Of a stretch of DNA of 64,000 bases, positions 1-10,477 are shown in pieces (the stretch's first letter is position 1; every line of letters starts with the position of its first letter). This stretch comes from Eledone cirrhosa (Eukaryota), in assembly GCA_964016885.1 (NCBI GenBank), contig OZ024744.1, positions 9,176,001 to 9,240,000 on the forward strand. The letters run 5' to 3'. The notes beneath the pieces were generated by a model that saw only the letters and a list, made by a program, of their open reading frames with translations, was not told the origin of the DNA and did not search any database. The translations under genes and the position numbers were made by a program.

Positions 1-3000
1 CCAACGTCTACAACAACAACAACAGCGGCACCAATGTCTACAACAACAACAACAACACCGGCACCAATTTCTACAACAACAACAACAGCGGCACCAATGT
101 CTACAACAACAACAACAGCGGCACCAATGTCTACAACAACAACAACACCGGCACCAATGTCTACAACAACAACAACAGCGGCACCAATGTCTACAACAAC
201 AACAACAGCGGCACCAATGTCTACAACAACAACAACAACAGCGGCACCAATGTCTACAACAACAACAACAACAACGGCACCAATGTCTACAACAACAACA
301 GCGGCACCAATGTCTACAACAACAACAACAGCGGCACCAATGTCTACAACAACAGCAACAACAGCGGCACCAGTGTCTACAACAACAACAGCGGCACCAA
401 TGTCTACAACAACAACAACACCGGCACCAATGTCTACAACAACAACAACAACAGCGGCACCAATGTCTACAACAACAACAACAGCGGCACCAATGTCTAC
501 AACAACAACAACAGCGGCACCAATGTCTACAACAACAACAACAGCGGCACCAATGTCTACAACAACAACAACAGCGGCACCAATGTCTACAACAACAACA
601 ACACCGGCACCAATGTCTACAACAACAACAACAACAGCGGCACCAATGTCTACAACAACAACAACAGCGGCACCAATGTCTACAACAACAACAACACCGG
701 CACCAATGTCTACAACAACAACAACAGCGGCACCAATGTCTACAACAACAACAACAGCGGCACCAATGTCTACAACAACAACAACAGCGGCACCAATGTC
801 TACAACAACAACACCGGCACCAATGTCTACAACAACAACAACAGCGGCACTAATGTCTACAACAACAACAACAACAGCGGCACCAATGTCTACAACAACA
901 ACACGGGCACCAATGTCTACAACAACAACAACAGCGGCACCAATGTCTACAACAACAACAAAACCGGCACCAATGTCTACAACAACAACAACAGCGGCAC
1001 CAATGTCTACAACAACAACAACACCGGCACCAATGTCTACAACAACAACAACAGCGGCACCAATGTCTACAACAACAACAACAGCGGCACCAATGTCTAC
1101 AACAACAACAACACAGGCACCAATGTCTACAACAACAACAACACAGGCACCAATGTCTACAACAACAACAACAACAGCGGCACCAATGTCTACAACAACA
1201 ACAACAACAGCGGCACCAATGTCTACAACAACAACAACACCGGCACCAATGTCTACAACAACAACAACAGCGGCACCAATGTCTACAACAACAACAACAA
1301 CACCGGCACCAATGTCTACAACAACAACAACAACAGCGGCACCAATGTCTACAACAACAACAACAACAGCGGCACCAATGTCTACAACAACAACAACAGC
1401 GGCACCAATGTCTACAACAACAACAACAATAGCGGCACCAATGTCTACAACAACAACAACAGCGGCACCAATGTCTACAACAACAACAACAACAGCGGCA
1501 CCAATGTCTACAACAACAACAACAGCGGCACCAACGTCTACAACAACAACAACAGCGGCACCAATGTCTACAACAACAACAACAGCTGCACCAATGTCTA
1601 CAACAACAACAACACCGGCACCAATGTCTACAACAACAGCAACAACAGCGGCACCAATGTCTACAACAACAACAACAGCGGCACCAATGTCTACAACAAC
1701 AACAACAGCGGCACCAATGTCTACAACAACAACAACACAGGCACCAATGTCTACAACAACAACAACACCGGCACCAATGTCTACAACAACAACATCAGCG
1801 GCACCAATGTCTACAACAACAACAACACCGGCACCAATGTCTACAACAACAACATCAGCGGCACCAATGTCTACAACAACAACAACACCGGCACCAATAT
1901 CTACAACAACAACAACAGCGGCACCAATGTCTACAACAACAACAACAGCGGCACCAATGTCTACAACAACAACACCGGCACCAATGTCTACAACAACAAC
2001 AACAGCGGCACCAATGTCTACAACAACAACATCAGCGGCACCAATGTCTACAACAACAACATCAGCGGCACCAATGTCTACAACAACAACAACAGCGGCA
2101 CCAATGTCTACAACAACAACAACACCGGCACCAATGTCTACAACAACAACATCAGCGGCACCAATGTCTACAACAACAACAACAGCGGCACCAATGTCTA
2201 CAACAACAACAACACCGGCACCAATATCTACAACAACAACAACAGCGGCACCAATGTCTACAACAACAACAACAGCGGCACCAATGTCTACAACAACAAC
2301 AACACCGGCACCAATGTCTACAACAACAACATCAGCGGCACCAATGTCTACAACAACAACAACACCGGCACCAATATCTACAACAACAACAACAGCGGCA
2401 CCAATGTCTACAACAACAACAACAGCGGCACCAATGTCTACAACAACAACAACACCGGCACCAATGTCTACAACAACAACATCAGCGGCACCAATGTCTA
2501 CAACAACAACAACAACACCGGCACCAATGTCTACAACAACAACATCAGCGGCACCAATGTCTACAACAACAACAACACCGGCACCAATGTCTACAACAAC
2601 AACAACAGCGGCACCAATGTCTACAACAACAACAACACCGGCACCAATGTCTACAACAACAACATCAGCGGCACCAATGTCTACAACAACAACAACAGCG
2701 GCACCAATGTCTACAACAACAACAACACCGGCACCAATATCTACAACAACAACAACAGCGGCACCAATGTCTACAACAACAACAACAGCGGCACCAATGT
2801 CTACAACAACAACAACAGCGGCACCAATGTCTACAACAACAACAACACCGGTACCAATGTCTACAACAACAACATCAGCGGCACCAATGTCTACAACAAC
2901 AACAACAATAACAGCGGCACCAATGTCTACAACAACAACAACAACAGCGGCACCAATGTCTACAACAACAACAACACCGGCACCAATATCTACAACAACA

Positions 3001-3695
3001 ACAACAGTGGCACCAATGTCTACAACAACAACAACAGCGGCACCAATGTCTACAACAACAACACCGGCACCAATGTCTACAACAACAACAACAGTGGCAC
3101 CAATGTCTACAACAACAACAACAGCGGCACCAATGTCTACAACAACAACAACAGCGGCACGAATGTCTACAACAACAACAACAACTCCGGCACCAATATC
3201 TACAACAACAACAACAACAGCGGCACCAATGTCTACAACAACAACAACAGCGGCACCAATGTCTACAACAACAACAACAACAACAACACCGGCACCAATG
3301 TCTACAACAACAACAACAACAACAACACCGGCACCAATGTCTACAACAACAACAACAGCGGCACCAATGTCTACAACAACAACAACAACAACAACACCGG
3401 CACCAATGTCTACAACAACAACAACACCGGCACCAATGTCTACAACAACAACAACAGCGGCACCAATGTCTACAACAACAACAACAACAGCGGCACCAAT
3501 GTCTACAACAACAACAACAACAGCGGCACCAATGTCTACAACAACAACAACAACAGCGGCACCAATGTCTACAACAACAACAACAACACTGGCACCAATG
3601 TCTACAACAACAGCAACAACAGCGGCACCAATGTCTACAACAACAACAACAACACCGGCACCAATGTCTACAACAACAACAACAACACCGGCACC
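1..3695 (+). repeat. Minisatellite array 1, unit GCGGCACCAATGTCT(ACA)n, 27-39 bp, roughly 120 units; continues beyond the window start
   Basis: Directly visible tandem repeat. Unit length varies only by whole ACA triplets. It ends at ...ACACCGGCACCAGTGCC, where unique sequence begins. Confidence 0.98.
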
Positions 3696-5499
3696 AGTGC
3701 CAGCACCAACGGGCCGAGCGGCGCGGAAGGTGGTAACAGCGACAACACCAACAAGCCGAACAGCGCAGAAGGTGGTAATAGCGAGAGCACCAACAAAACG
3801 AACAGCACAGAGAGTAATAGTAGCGACAGCAGCAGCACCAACAAGGCCAACAGCACAGAGGGTAACCACGACACAGGGGAGAACGACAACAGCAATAGCA
3901 GCAGCAACACCAACAAGAACAACAACAGTGACAACACCAACAAGAACACCTTCGCTGCTGTGGCAGCGGCTAAAAGGAGACCATGCTACAGCATCGACTT
4001 AACCAACAGAGAGGAAAAGTTGGCCCAGGCCTGGAAAATCATAAATCAAGAGCAGACCTGGGCAAACTTAACTGTCCCGGCAGAAGCCATTGAGGCAGTG
4101 GAAAAAAGAACGGTGCATTTCAGATGCATCTCAGTAGAGACAAAGAGGGCAGCGATAATCGCCCAAGCTGATATAGAAGCCGCACTGAAATACATCAGAG
4201 AGGACACAGACTTCATAGAGAGGGGCAGGCAATACGGCACCGTTTCGGTGCTGTTCAAGTCTGAAGCCCTCGCTGTGAAGCATTCAATGACCCCTTGCAA
4301 AACCAGCAAGGTCATAATGTACCCCTCCCACATGGGAAAACGAATAGCACGTGTGCGCATTCCCAGGATTCCACCAGGACTTGATATGTGGTGGCTCCTG
4401 GGTTGCGTAATCGTGGAAGGAACGGATACAGTCCCGGTAGAGGCAACGAGAACTGCCAGGGACGACTGGTCCGGGGTTGATCTGGAGATACTGCTCCAAA
4501 TCAGACCCGAAAACGTAAAAGCAATCCCGGACCACATCCGCCTCCAAAACGGGAGGGTGTTGCATATAATGACTGAGGGCAAAAGGCCGCATTGTTTCCT
4601 TTTGTGGGGAAACGACACACTTGCGAGCCTTCTGCCCTCAACTGCCGAAAAGCGCAAGGGGTCGAAAGATTCCACTGCTGGCGACGCCGGCACAAGGACC
4701 ACCAGCAACACCGTCAACAATGGAACCACCAAAATTGCACACCCAGGGGGGAAACGAGGAAAGCTCTCCCATTCCCCCTCCCCCCCCCCAAAAAAAAATA
4801 CACACACGAACAAGAACATAAACACTCACTCAGACACAAACACGCTCACAGCCACAGACCCCTCATCCTCCAGCAGTGAAGATGAGGGAAAACCAAAGTC
4901 CCCCAAAATACAAAAAAAAAAAACACAAAAAAAAAAGAAATCCACAAAGCACAAACACCCCCACAAAAAAAAATACACACACCACCCACACAAACATTTT
5001 CCCCACAGCATCACCAACACAACCACCAAAATCCCCCAAACGCAAACAAGCTAAACAGACACAAGAACAAATAGACACACAAACATCAGAAACTACAGAC
5101 ACCCCACCCACAACAAACGCAGACACAATAGAAACAACACTAACAAAGCTATCACCACCACAATCACACGAACAAATAAAACCCGAGCAACAAAACATTA
5201 AAAACTTCGTGCTTGCCAGAAGGGCCAACAAGGAATTGATGGCCCATGTAGCACGAAGCACAAACATCGAAAAAGAGGGAGAAACATTTGAAGCGAGCAC
5301 ATTTCGCGTACCAGATAATTTGCTTCTGATGCGAATGTCGCTCGCTTCATACAAAGAAATTCGAAAGAGCTTTCCTCGGGATGTGGGAACCCCGAACGTA
5401 AAACCCACTTCAAGACTATTAAAGGGGTTCCCAAAAGAAACCCCACAAACCATGGAGGTCGAACCACCCGACCTTCACAAGACCCCGGAAGGTAAGTAA
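3..5499 (+). pseudogene. Retrotransposon ORF1 (Gag-like nucleic-acid-binding protein) with Asn-rich repeat N-terminus; frameshifted at ~4600 and again within ~4770-5050
   Basis: Frame +3 is stop-free from 3 to 5051: (NVYNNNNSGT)n, then SAEGGNS repeats, TFAAVAAAKRR and the globular region up to EGKRPHCFL. Removing one T from TTTT at 4600-4603 gives C-F-L-C-G-E-T-T-H-L-R-A-F-C (CX2CX4HX4C). The probable C-terminus is in the 4876..5499 frame, ending just before ORF2. Confidence 0.75.
3717..3950 (+). repeat. Degenerate ~42-48-bp coding repeats (NSAEGGNSxxTNKx) between the minisatellite and the ORF1 core
   Basis: AGCGGCGCGGAAGGTGGTAACAGCGAC (3717), AACAGCGCAGAAGGTGGTAATAGCGAG (3759), AACAGCACAGAGAGTAATAGT (3801), AACAGCACAGAGGGTAAC (3849). 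Confidence 0.75.
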
Positions 5500-5528
5500 A
5501 CCTTTCCTCTCCCATTCATCCTGCCAGC

Positions 5529-8500
5529 ATGGCCATAAGAGTAGGAAGTTTAAATGTTCGTGGCCTGGGGTCGCCCTGGAAGCAAGGTCACTTGTTCAAC
5601 GACCTCAGGTCACTAGGAATGGATGTAATTGCCATCAGCGAGACCAGAATTTCCGACACACGCGCACTGGCGCCGATTTTCGACGATTATCAGATCTTTG
5701 CATCTGTTAGTCGGCCGGGAATGGGAGGTGGAGTGGCTGTGCTGTTTAGGAAATGTCTGGATCTCGAGGTAAGGTCAATCTTCCGGGATCCTGACGGAAA
5801 GTTGGTGGTCCTGGACGTGAGCAATAGCGAAGGTGGTGCCTTTAGACTGGTGGCCGTCTACGCCCCTACTGGGGCCGGTCGGCCGGACTTCTTTAGGCGC
5901 CTGGAAAACTTTCTGCTTACGTCTCGCCCTTTACTGTTAATAGGGGATTGGAATGGCATCTTAGAAGCACGCTGGGATTGTGTGGGAGTATCTGATAGGA
6001 GCGGGGGGTGCAAAAGCCTCAAGTACCTGATCAGCCAGTTTCAACTGTCTGACAGGTACCGACTAGATTTCCCTAATGCGCAGGTATGGACCTGGACCAA
6101 TCGCATAGGGTCATCTAGATCGTACATAGATAGGATTTTCATTAGGAAAAGAGATAGAAATAGTGTAGGATGTCCACATTTTAAAACGGTTGCCTATTCA
6201 GATCACAAGCTTGTGATCTGTATGGTCGACCTAGATAAGACACGTAGGTTAGGACCTAGCTACTGGAAGCTAAACATGTCGTTTCCGGCACGTAAAGCTT
6301 ACAGGGACCGGGTCAACAACTTAGTTAAGCAAAAGTTGACAGGGGGGGTTGTCAACAACAGGTGGTGGGGGGCTCTCAAAAGAGAGATTAGAGCAACCTC
6401 GATAGGATTTAGCAAAGAAGTAGCAATAGAGAAAAATAGAAAGGAGGAAGGGCTGATAGCTAAGTTAGACGAGGCTATTTGTAGTGGCATTGCAACAGAC
6501 GTGCTAGCGGCGAGAATGGCACTAGACCATTTCTTCAATGCGAAACACGAAGGTTGCATTGTCAGAGCTAAGGCGCGTGCTCTGAGGAACGAGGGAACCA
6601 AAGCTGCCCGATGGGCTCGCTTTGCAGAGACGCAGCGTGGAAATAAAACCACAATTCGGTCTTTGACGGATCGAGATGGACACGAACTGAGCGATTCCAA
6701 GCAGATGTGTGAGGCCTTTCGCCAGCACTTTGCTCGATTGTTCGGGAGGATGGGTGAGTCGGAGACGGCGGCGGACTTCAGTCCCTACCTCGACGGCTTG
6801 CCACGCCTCTCGACGGCCGACGCTGAGCGCTGCGAAGAGCCGATAACATCAGTCGAAATTCAGGACGCCCTTGTCGGCTGCTCGAGTCGCAAGTCACCCG
6901 GTTTGGATGGTCTGCCCTACGAGCTTTACGTAAATATGCCAGACTTGTTCTCCGATCTCCTCGAAGCGCTCTACTGCAACTGGCAGCAGAACGGGAGCAT
7001 TCCCAGTTCTGTGAGCCGTGGCGTAGTGACGCTGATAAGGAAATACGAGAACAAGAGGGACACACTAGATAATTTCAGGCCCATAACCCTGCTCAACACA
7101 GAGTTTAAGATTTTGGCCAAGGTGTTAGCGAAAAGGTTGGCGCTTGTCGTCAAAGATTTGGTTGGGGAGGCGCAAACTTGCGCAATCCCGACCAGGTCCA
7201 TACACGACAACCTCCACCTCATGCGATACATCATAGAGAGGGTTGGGTGCAAACCTGGCTTCGGTGGGGCTCTGATCAATTTAGATCAATCGAAAGCATT
7301 CGATAGGGTTGACCATCGGTACTTGGAGGCTGTCCTCGAGGCGGCTGGCTTCGGCCCCGTCTTCAGAAGCTGGATCGCTGCAATGTACAGCGGCATCTGC
7401 TCGGTGGTCAAAGTTAATGGCCACCTCTCGGAACCGTTTCAGATCTCTCGATCGGTCCGTCAAGGGTGCCCTCTCTCCTCACTTCTGTACGTATTGACTC
7501 TTGAGCCTCTACTGCGGAAGCTGGAGTTGTTGCAGGGCATCCCGCTCGAACCGGGACGTAGAAAGGCTGCGTCCGCTTATGCGGACGACATCACCGTGAT
7601 GGTGTCGGACACCTCGGAAATCGAGGTGATCCGCACCCATTTGGAGGAATATGAAAGGTTGACGGGAGCAAAACTTAACCCGGAAAAGTCGGTGGGCTTG
7701 CAGCTCGGCACCTGGAGAGGCAAGTCCATGCTGTCCAACAGCGCCGTTGGGCGCTGGACAGACGGACCGGTAAAGTTGCTCGGGGTTTGGTTCGGACCAG
7801 ACCTCCAGGTGGATAAGAATTGGGACGAGGTGACGAGCAGGATAGCCAACCTCACCCAGAAATGGGCTGAGAGAAAGCTATCACTGAAAGGGCGGGCGGA
7901 GGTGGCGAACGCGTACATCGCGTCCGTCATCTACTACCGCCTGACCGTCGTGCCTTTCCCCCGTCCACGCCTCGCCAATTTGGAACGGCTCCTTTTCAAA
8001 TTTTTGTGGAGGGGACGGGTCCCGTTGGTGAGGCGGTCCATCTGCTGCCAGCACCCTCTTCGTGGAGGGCTGGGCATGCCGTGGCTAATGATGCGCAGAC
8101 ATGCGCTGAGGCTGCGACATCTCCAGATATTTTGCCTAAACAGTGAACAGGTGTGGTCGCCGTTTGTTAGGCGGGCCTTTCCGCAGCTCATCTCTTTGAC
8201 TGAGCTGCAGTCCTGGGTCAAGAAGAGACCGAGACTGGGCGACTGGCATCTGGAATGTTGCCAGGCGCTCACTGCACTCTGCAAGGTGGGCAATGCGGTC
8301 AGTGGAACTTCCACTCAAGATTTCTATAGAGGATTAGTGGAGGGCAAGTACGATGACGTACTAGGAGAGGCTCTAGGCGTCAACGAAGTAAAACTGACCA
8401 GTATGTTCCGGAGGACTTTCGAGCCGAGGACGATGGATAACTTCCAGAAATCCCTCGCTTGGCATTGCTACCGGGGGGCGCTGCCGGTTCGGGATAAACT

Positions 8501-8945
8501 CTACAGGCATGGAAGTGCTGTCAGACGAACCTGCCCGAGATGCGCGCAGAGCGACGAAACCGTTCTGCACGCACTCGTCCAGTGTCCGTGCATTGCTGAC
8601 TTGTGGGGTTATGTCGAACAGCTATTGTCGCGTGTAGAACGGATCCGGCTATCGTCCGAGTCCATAGTGAAGATTGACCCGCCGCCTTCTTTTGGTCAGG
8701 AAGGGCAGGCAATTTTCCTCTGCCTGGTGGCAGTAGCGAAAGAGGTTGCATGGTGGACCAGGTTGAAAGGACTGAAGACAGACACTTTTCTCTTCGGCCA
8801 ATCCCTCATCAACTTCAAGTTTCACTTGGAAAGGAAGGTGAGGGTGGAGAGAGAAGTGCTGCCCCCCAGTACATTTACTGAAAGGTGGGTGAATGTGGCG
8901 ATAATGGCCCGCGTGAGTGGGCCTACTCTGATCATGCGCCTGTAG
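5529..8945 (+). CDS. LINE ORF2 polyprotein, Tx1-like: AP endonuclease, reverse transcriptase and C-terminal zinc-binding motif (1138 aa, intact)
   Basis: APE motifs SLNVRGL, ISETR, VYAP, GDWN, YIDRIF, SDH. RT motifs SPGLDG, RPITLLNTEFKILAK, DQSKAFDRVDH, VRQGCPLS, YADD, LLGV. C-terminal CPRC..ETVLHALVQC. SYWKLN and IVRAK/LSLKGR segments resemble L1/Tx1 ORF2. Confidence 0.96.
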   Translation: MAIRVGSLNVRGLGSPWKQGHLFNDLRSLGMDVIAISETRISDTRALAPIFDDYQIFASVSRPGMGGGVAVLFRKCLDLEVRSIFRDPDGKLVVLDVSNSEGGAFRLVAVYAPTGAGRPDFFRRLENFLLTSRPLLLIGDWNGILEARWDCVGVSDRSGGCKSLKYLISQFQLSDRYRLDFPNAQVWTWTNRIGSSRSYIDRIFIRKRDRNSVGCPHFKTVAYSDHKLVICMVDLDKTRRLGPSYWKLNMSFPARKAYRDRVNNLVKQKLTGGVVNNRWWGALKREIRATSIGFSKEVAIEKNRKEEGLIAKLDEAICSGIATDVLAARMALDHFFNAKHEGCIVRAKARALRNEGTKAARWARFAETQRGNKTTIRSLTDRDGHELSDSKQMCEAFRQHFARLFGRMGESETAADFSPYLDGLPRLSTADAERCEEPITSVEIQDALVGCSSRKSPGLDGLPYELYVNMPDLFSDLLEALYCNWQQNGSIPSSVSRGVVTLIRKYENKRDTLDNFRPITLLNTEFKILAKVLAKRLALVVKDLVGEAQTCAIPTRSIHDNLHLMRYIIERVGCKPGFGGALINLDQSKAFDRVDHRYLEAVLEAAGFGPVFRSWIAAMYSGICSVVKVNGHLSEPFQISRSVRQGCPLSSLLYVLTLEPLLRKLELLQGIPLEPGRRKAASAYADDITVMVSDTSEIEVIRTHLEEYERLTGAKLNPEKSVGLQLGTWRGKSMLSNSAVGRWTDGPVKLLGVWFGPDLQVDKNWDEVTSRIANLTQKWAERKLSLKGRAEVANAYIASVIYYRLTVVPFPRPRLANLERLLFKFLWRGRVPLVRRSICCQHPLRGGLGMPWLMMRRHALRLRHLQIFCLNSEQVWSPFVRRAFPQLISLTELQSWVKKRPRLGDWHLECCQALTALCKVGNAVSGTSTQDFYRGLVEGKYDDVLGEALGVNEVKLTSMFRRTFEPRTMDNFQKSLAWHCYRGALPVRDKLYRHGSAVRRTCPRCAQSDETVLHALVQCPCIADLWGYVEQLLSRVERIRLSSESIVKIDPPPSFGQEGQAIFLCLVAVAKEVAWWTRLKGLKTDTFLFGQSLINFKFHLERKVRVEREVLPPSTFTERWVNVAIMARVSGPTLIMRL

Positions 8946-9213
8946 GCTGGTGAATTCGAGAAGGAGAGGGGTGCCCTTCCCGGGTGCCCTAGGAGCGTCG
9001 GGTGGCTCAGGACTGGTGGGGTGCTTGAGTCAACCCTGGGTGGTGATCCCTCTTATTGGGGAACTTTCATTGTTGTATTTTTATTGTTATTTTGTTTTTT
9101 TGTTATTTATACTTACTCGATCTCTATGTAAACCCCCACTGTCCCTGTCTATTGTGTTGTCCCCTATATGTCGGCCCTTGTGGCCAATAAATGAAATCAT
9201 TATTATTATTATT
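8946..9213 (+). other. LINE 3' UTR with terminal hairpin, poly(A) signal and (ATT)n tail or target
   Basis: GGCCCTTGTGGCC mini-hairpin immediately before AATAAA (9186-9191), then GAAATC and ATTATTATTATTATT. AT-rich flank follows. Confidence 0.7.
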
Positions 9214-9364
9214 AATATTTTTATTATTTTATTTTTATTATAAATTTTGCCGTCTTGTATCACTGTCAACTTAATAATATTTTTTATATTTTTTTTATTT
9301 TCTCAATCCTTATTTTTTATTTGCTTATTTGTATGTGACGGCCTACTATGATTATTTATTCTTA

Positions 9365-9522
9365 TTTATGTGTGTGCACATGTATCCTTTTATATGTGAG
9401 TACGTATGCATGTGTGTATATATGTGTGTATGTATGTGTGTGTGTATGTATGTATGTGTATGTATATATATGTATATATATGCATATATATATGTATGTG
9501 TGTGCATATATATATATATATT

Positions 9523-9571
<49 letters not shown>

Positions 9572-9701
9572 GTGTGTGTTGGTGTGTTTATGTATGGATA
9601 TATATACATATGTATTTGTGTGTGTCTCTGTGTCTCTGTGTATATATGTATGTGTATATATGCGTGTATATATGTATGTATATATGTATGTATATATGTA
9701 T
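9365..9701. repeat. Compound (TA)n/(TG)n/(TATG)n microsatellite
   Basis: Directly visible. Confidence 0.95.
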
Positions 9702-9876
9702 GAAAAACATGAGAAGAAAGAAGAATACTGCGTGGTTGCACATGGGTTACATATGAAAAAATTAGTCCCTCGTCAGCGATTTGCCAACCATCATTGATAG
9801 TTCATCGCATTAAAAATCATATACCTCAGGTTGGTGCGAGCAATAACTAAAAAAAGCTATTGGGACAAGTAAATCG
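9702..9876 (-). mobile_element. Short interspersed repeat, copy 1 (possibly a Penelope pLTR or retrozyme-like relic)
   Basis: Clearly homologous to 12902-13080; shared blocks AGAAGAATACTGC, TGGTTGCACATGG, TTCATCGCATTAAAAATCATATACCTCA. Family and strand assignment are inference. Confidence 0.5.
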
Positions 9877-10005
9877 CGATTTACTTGTCCCAATAGCTTT
9901 TTTTAGTTATTGCTCGCACCAACCTGAGGTATATGATTTTTAATGCGATGAACTATCAATGATGGTTGGCAAATCGCTGACGAGGGACTAATTTTTTCAT
10001 ATGTA
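9748..10005. repeat. Perfect 258-bp palindrome (129-bp arms, no spacer)
   Basis: Centre AAATCG|CGATTT between 9876 and 9877. Arms match by eye out to TACATATG...CATATGTA, including the A7/T7 and A6/T6 runs. Confidence 0.93.
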
Positions 10006-10092
10006 TGTATATATGTATATATGTATATATGTGTGTATATGTGAGTGTGTGTGCGTGTGTGCGTGTGTGTGTACGTGTGTGTTGTTATATAT
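10001..10092. repeat. (TA)/(TG) microsatellite
   Basis: Directly visible. Confidence 0.9.
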
Positions 10093-10302
10093 CCTTATTT
10101 ATTATTCTTCCCCTTTTTTCCCCCGGCCTCACTTTCATATCTGTTATACTTTTGTTTTTCATATCCACTGTGATAAAGACACCAGGATTTTTTCATTCTG
10201 GTGAATGAGGCAATTTTGGTTGCTTTCAAGAAAGCACTGGTAAATGAAATAATTATCTTTGGTGCGTTATGGTCCACCTGGTTCCTTACCACATTTCCTT
10301 CG

Positions 10303-10303
<1 letters not shown>

Positions 10304-10369
<66 letters not shown>
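10304..10369. repeat. (TA)n(GA)n microsatellite
   Basis: Directly visible. Confidence 0.92.
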
Positions 10370-10477
10370 TATGAAAATAGGGAGAAAAAGACGATTATTA
10401 TTCCTATTATTTTTTTCTCTTTTTTCTGGGTTAGAAAATGTTTAATAATAATCGTCTTTTTCTCCCTATTTTCATAT
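10369..10477. repeat. 34-bp perfect inverted repeat with 41-bp spacer (MITE/foldback-like)
   Basis: ATATGAAAATAGGGAGAAAAAGACGATTATTATT (10369-10402) and its exact reverse complement (10444-10477). Confidence 0.8.

Larger units (their letters stand above)
1..9213 (+). mobile_element. Tx1/L1-clade non-LTR retrotransposon (LINE); 5' end lies outside the window or within the array
   Basis: ORF1 with CCHC knuckle, a 29-bp spacer, ORF2 (APE-RT-C-terminal CCHC), 3' UTR with AATAAA at 9186-9191, then (ATT)5. Including array 1 in the element is an inference from frame continuity. Confidence 0.85.

Noticed and set aside
4046-8751. Minus-strand and nested ORFs overlapping ORF1 and ORF2
   Set aside because: No recognisable motifs; expected shadows of the LINE coding strand.
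5529-8945. Bacterial retron, group II intron, DGR or telomerase-type reverse transcriptase
   Set aside because: The N-terminal AP endonuclease, QGCPLS/YADD context and C-terminal CCHC identify a LINE ORF2.
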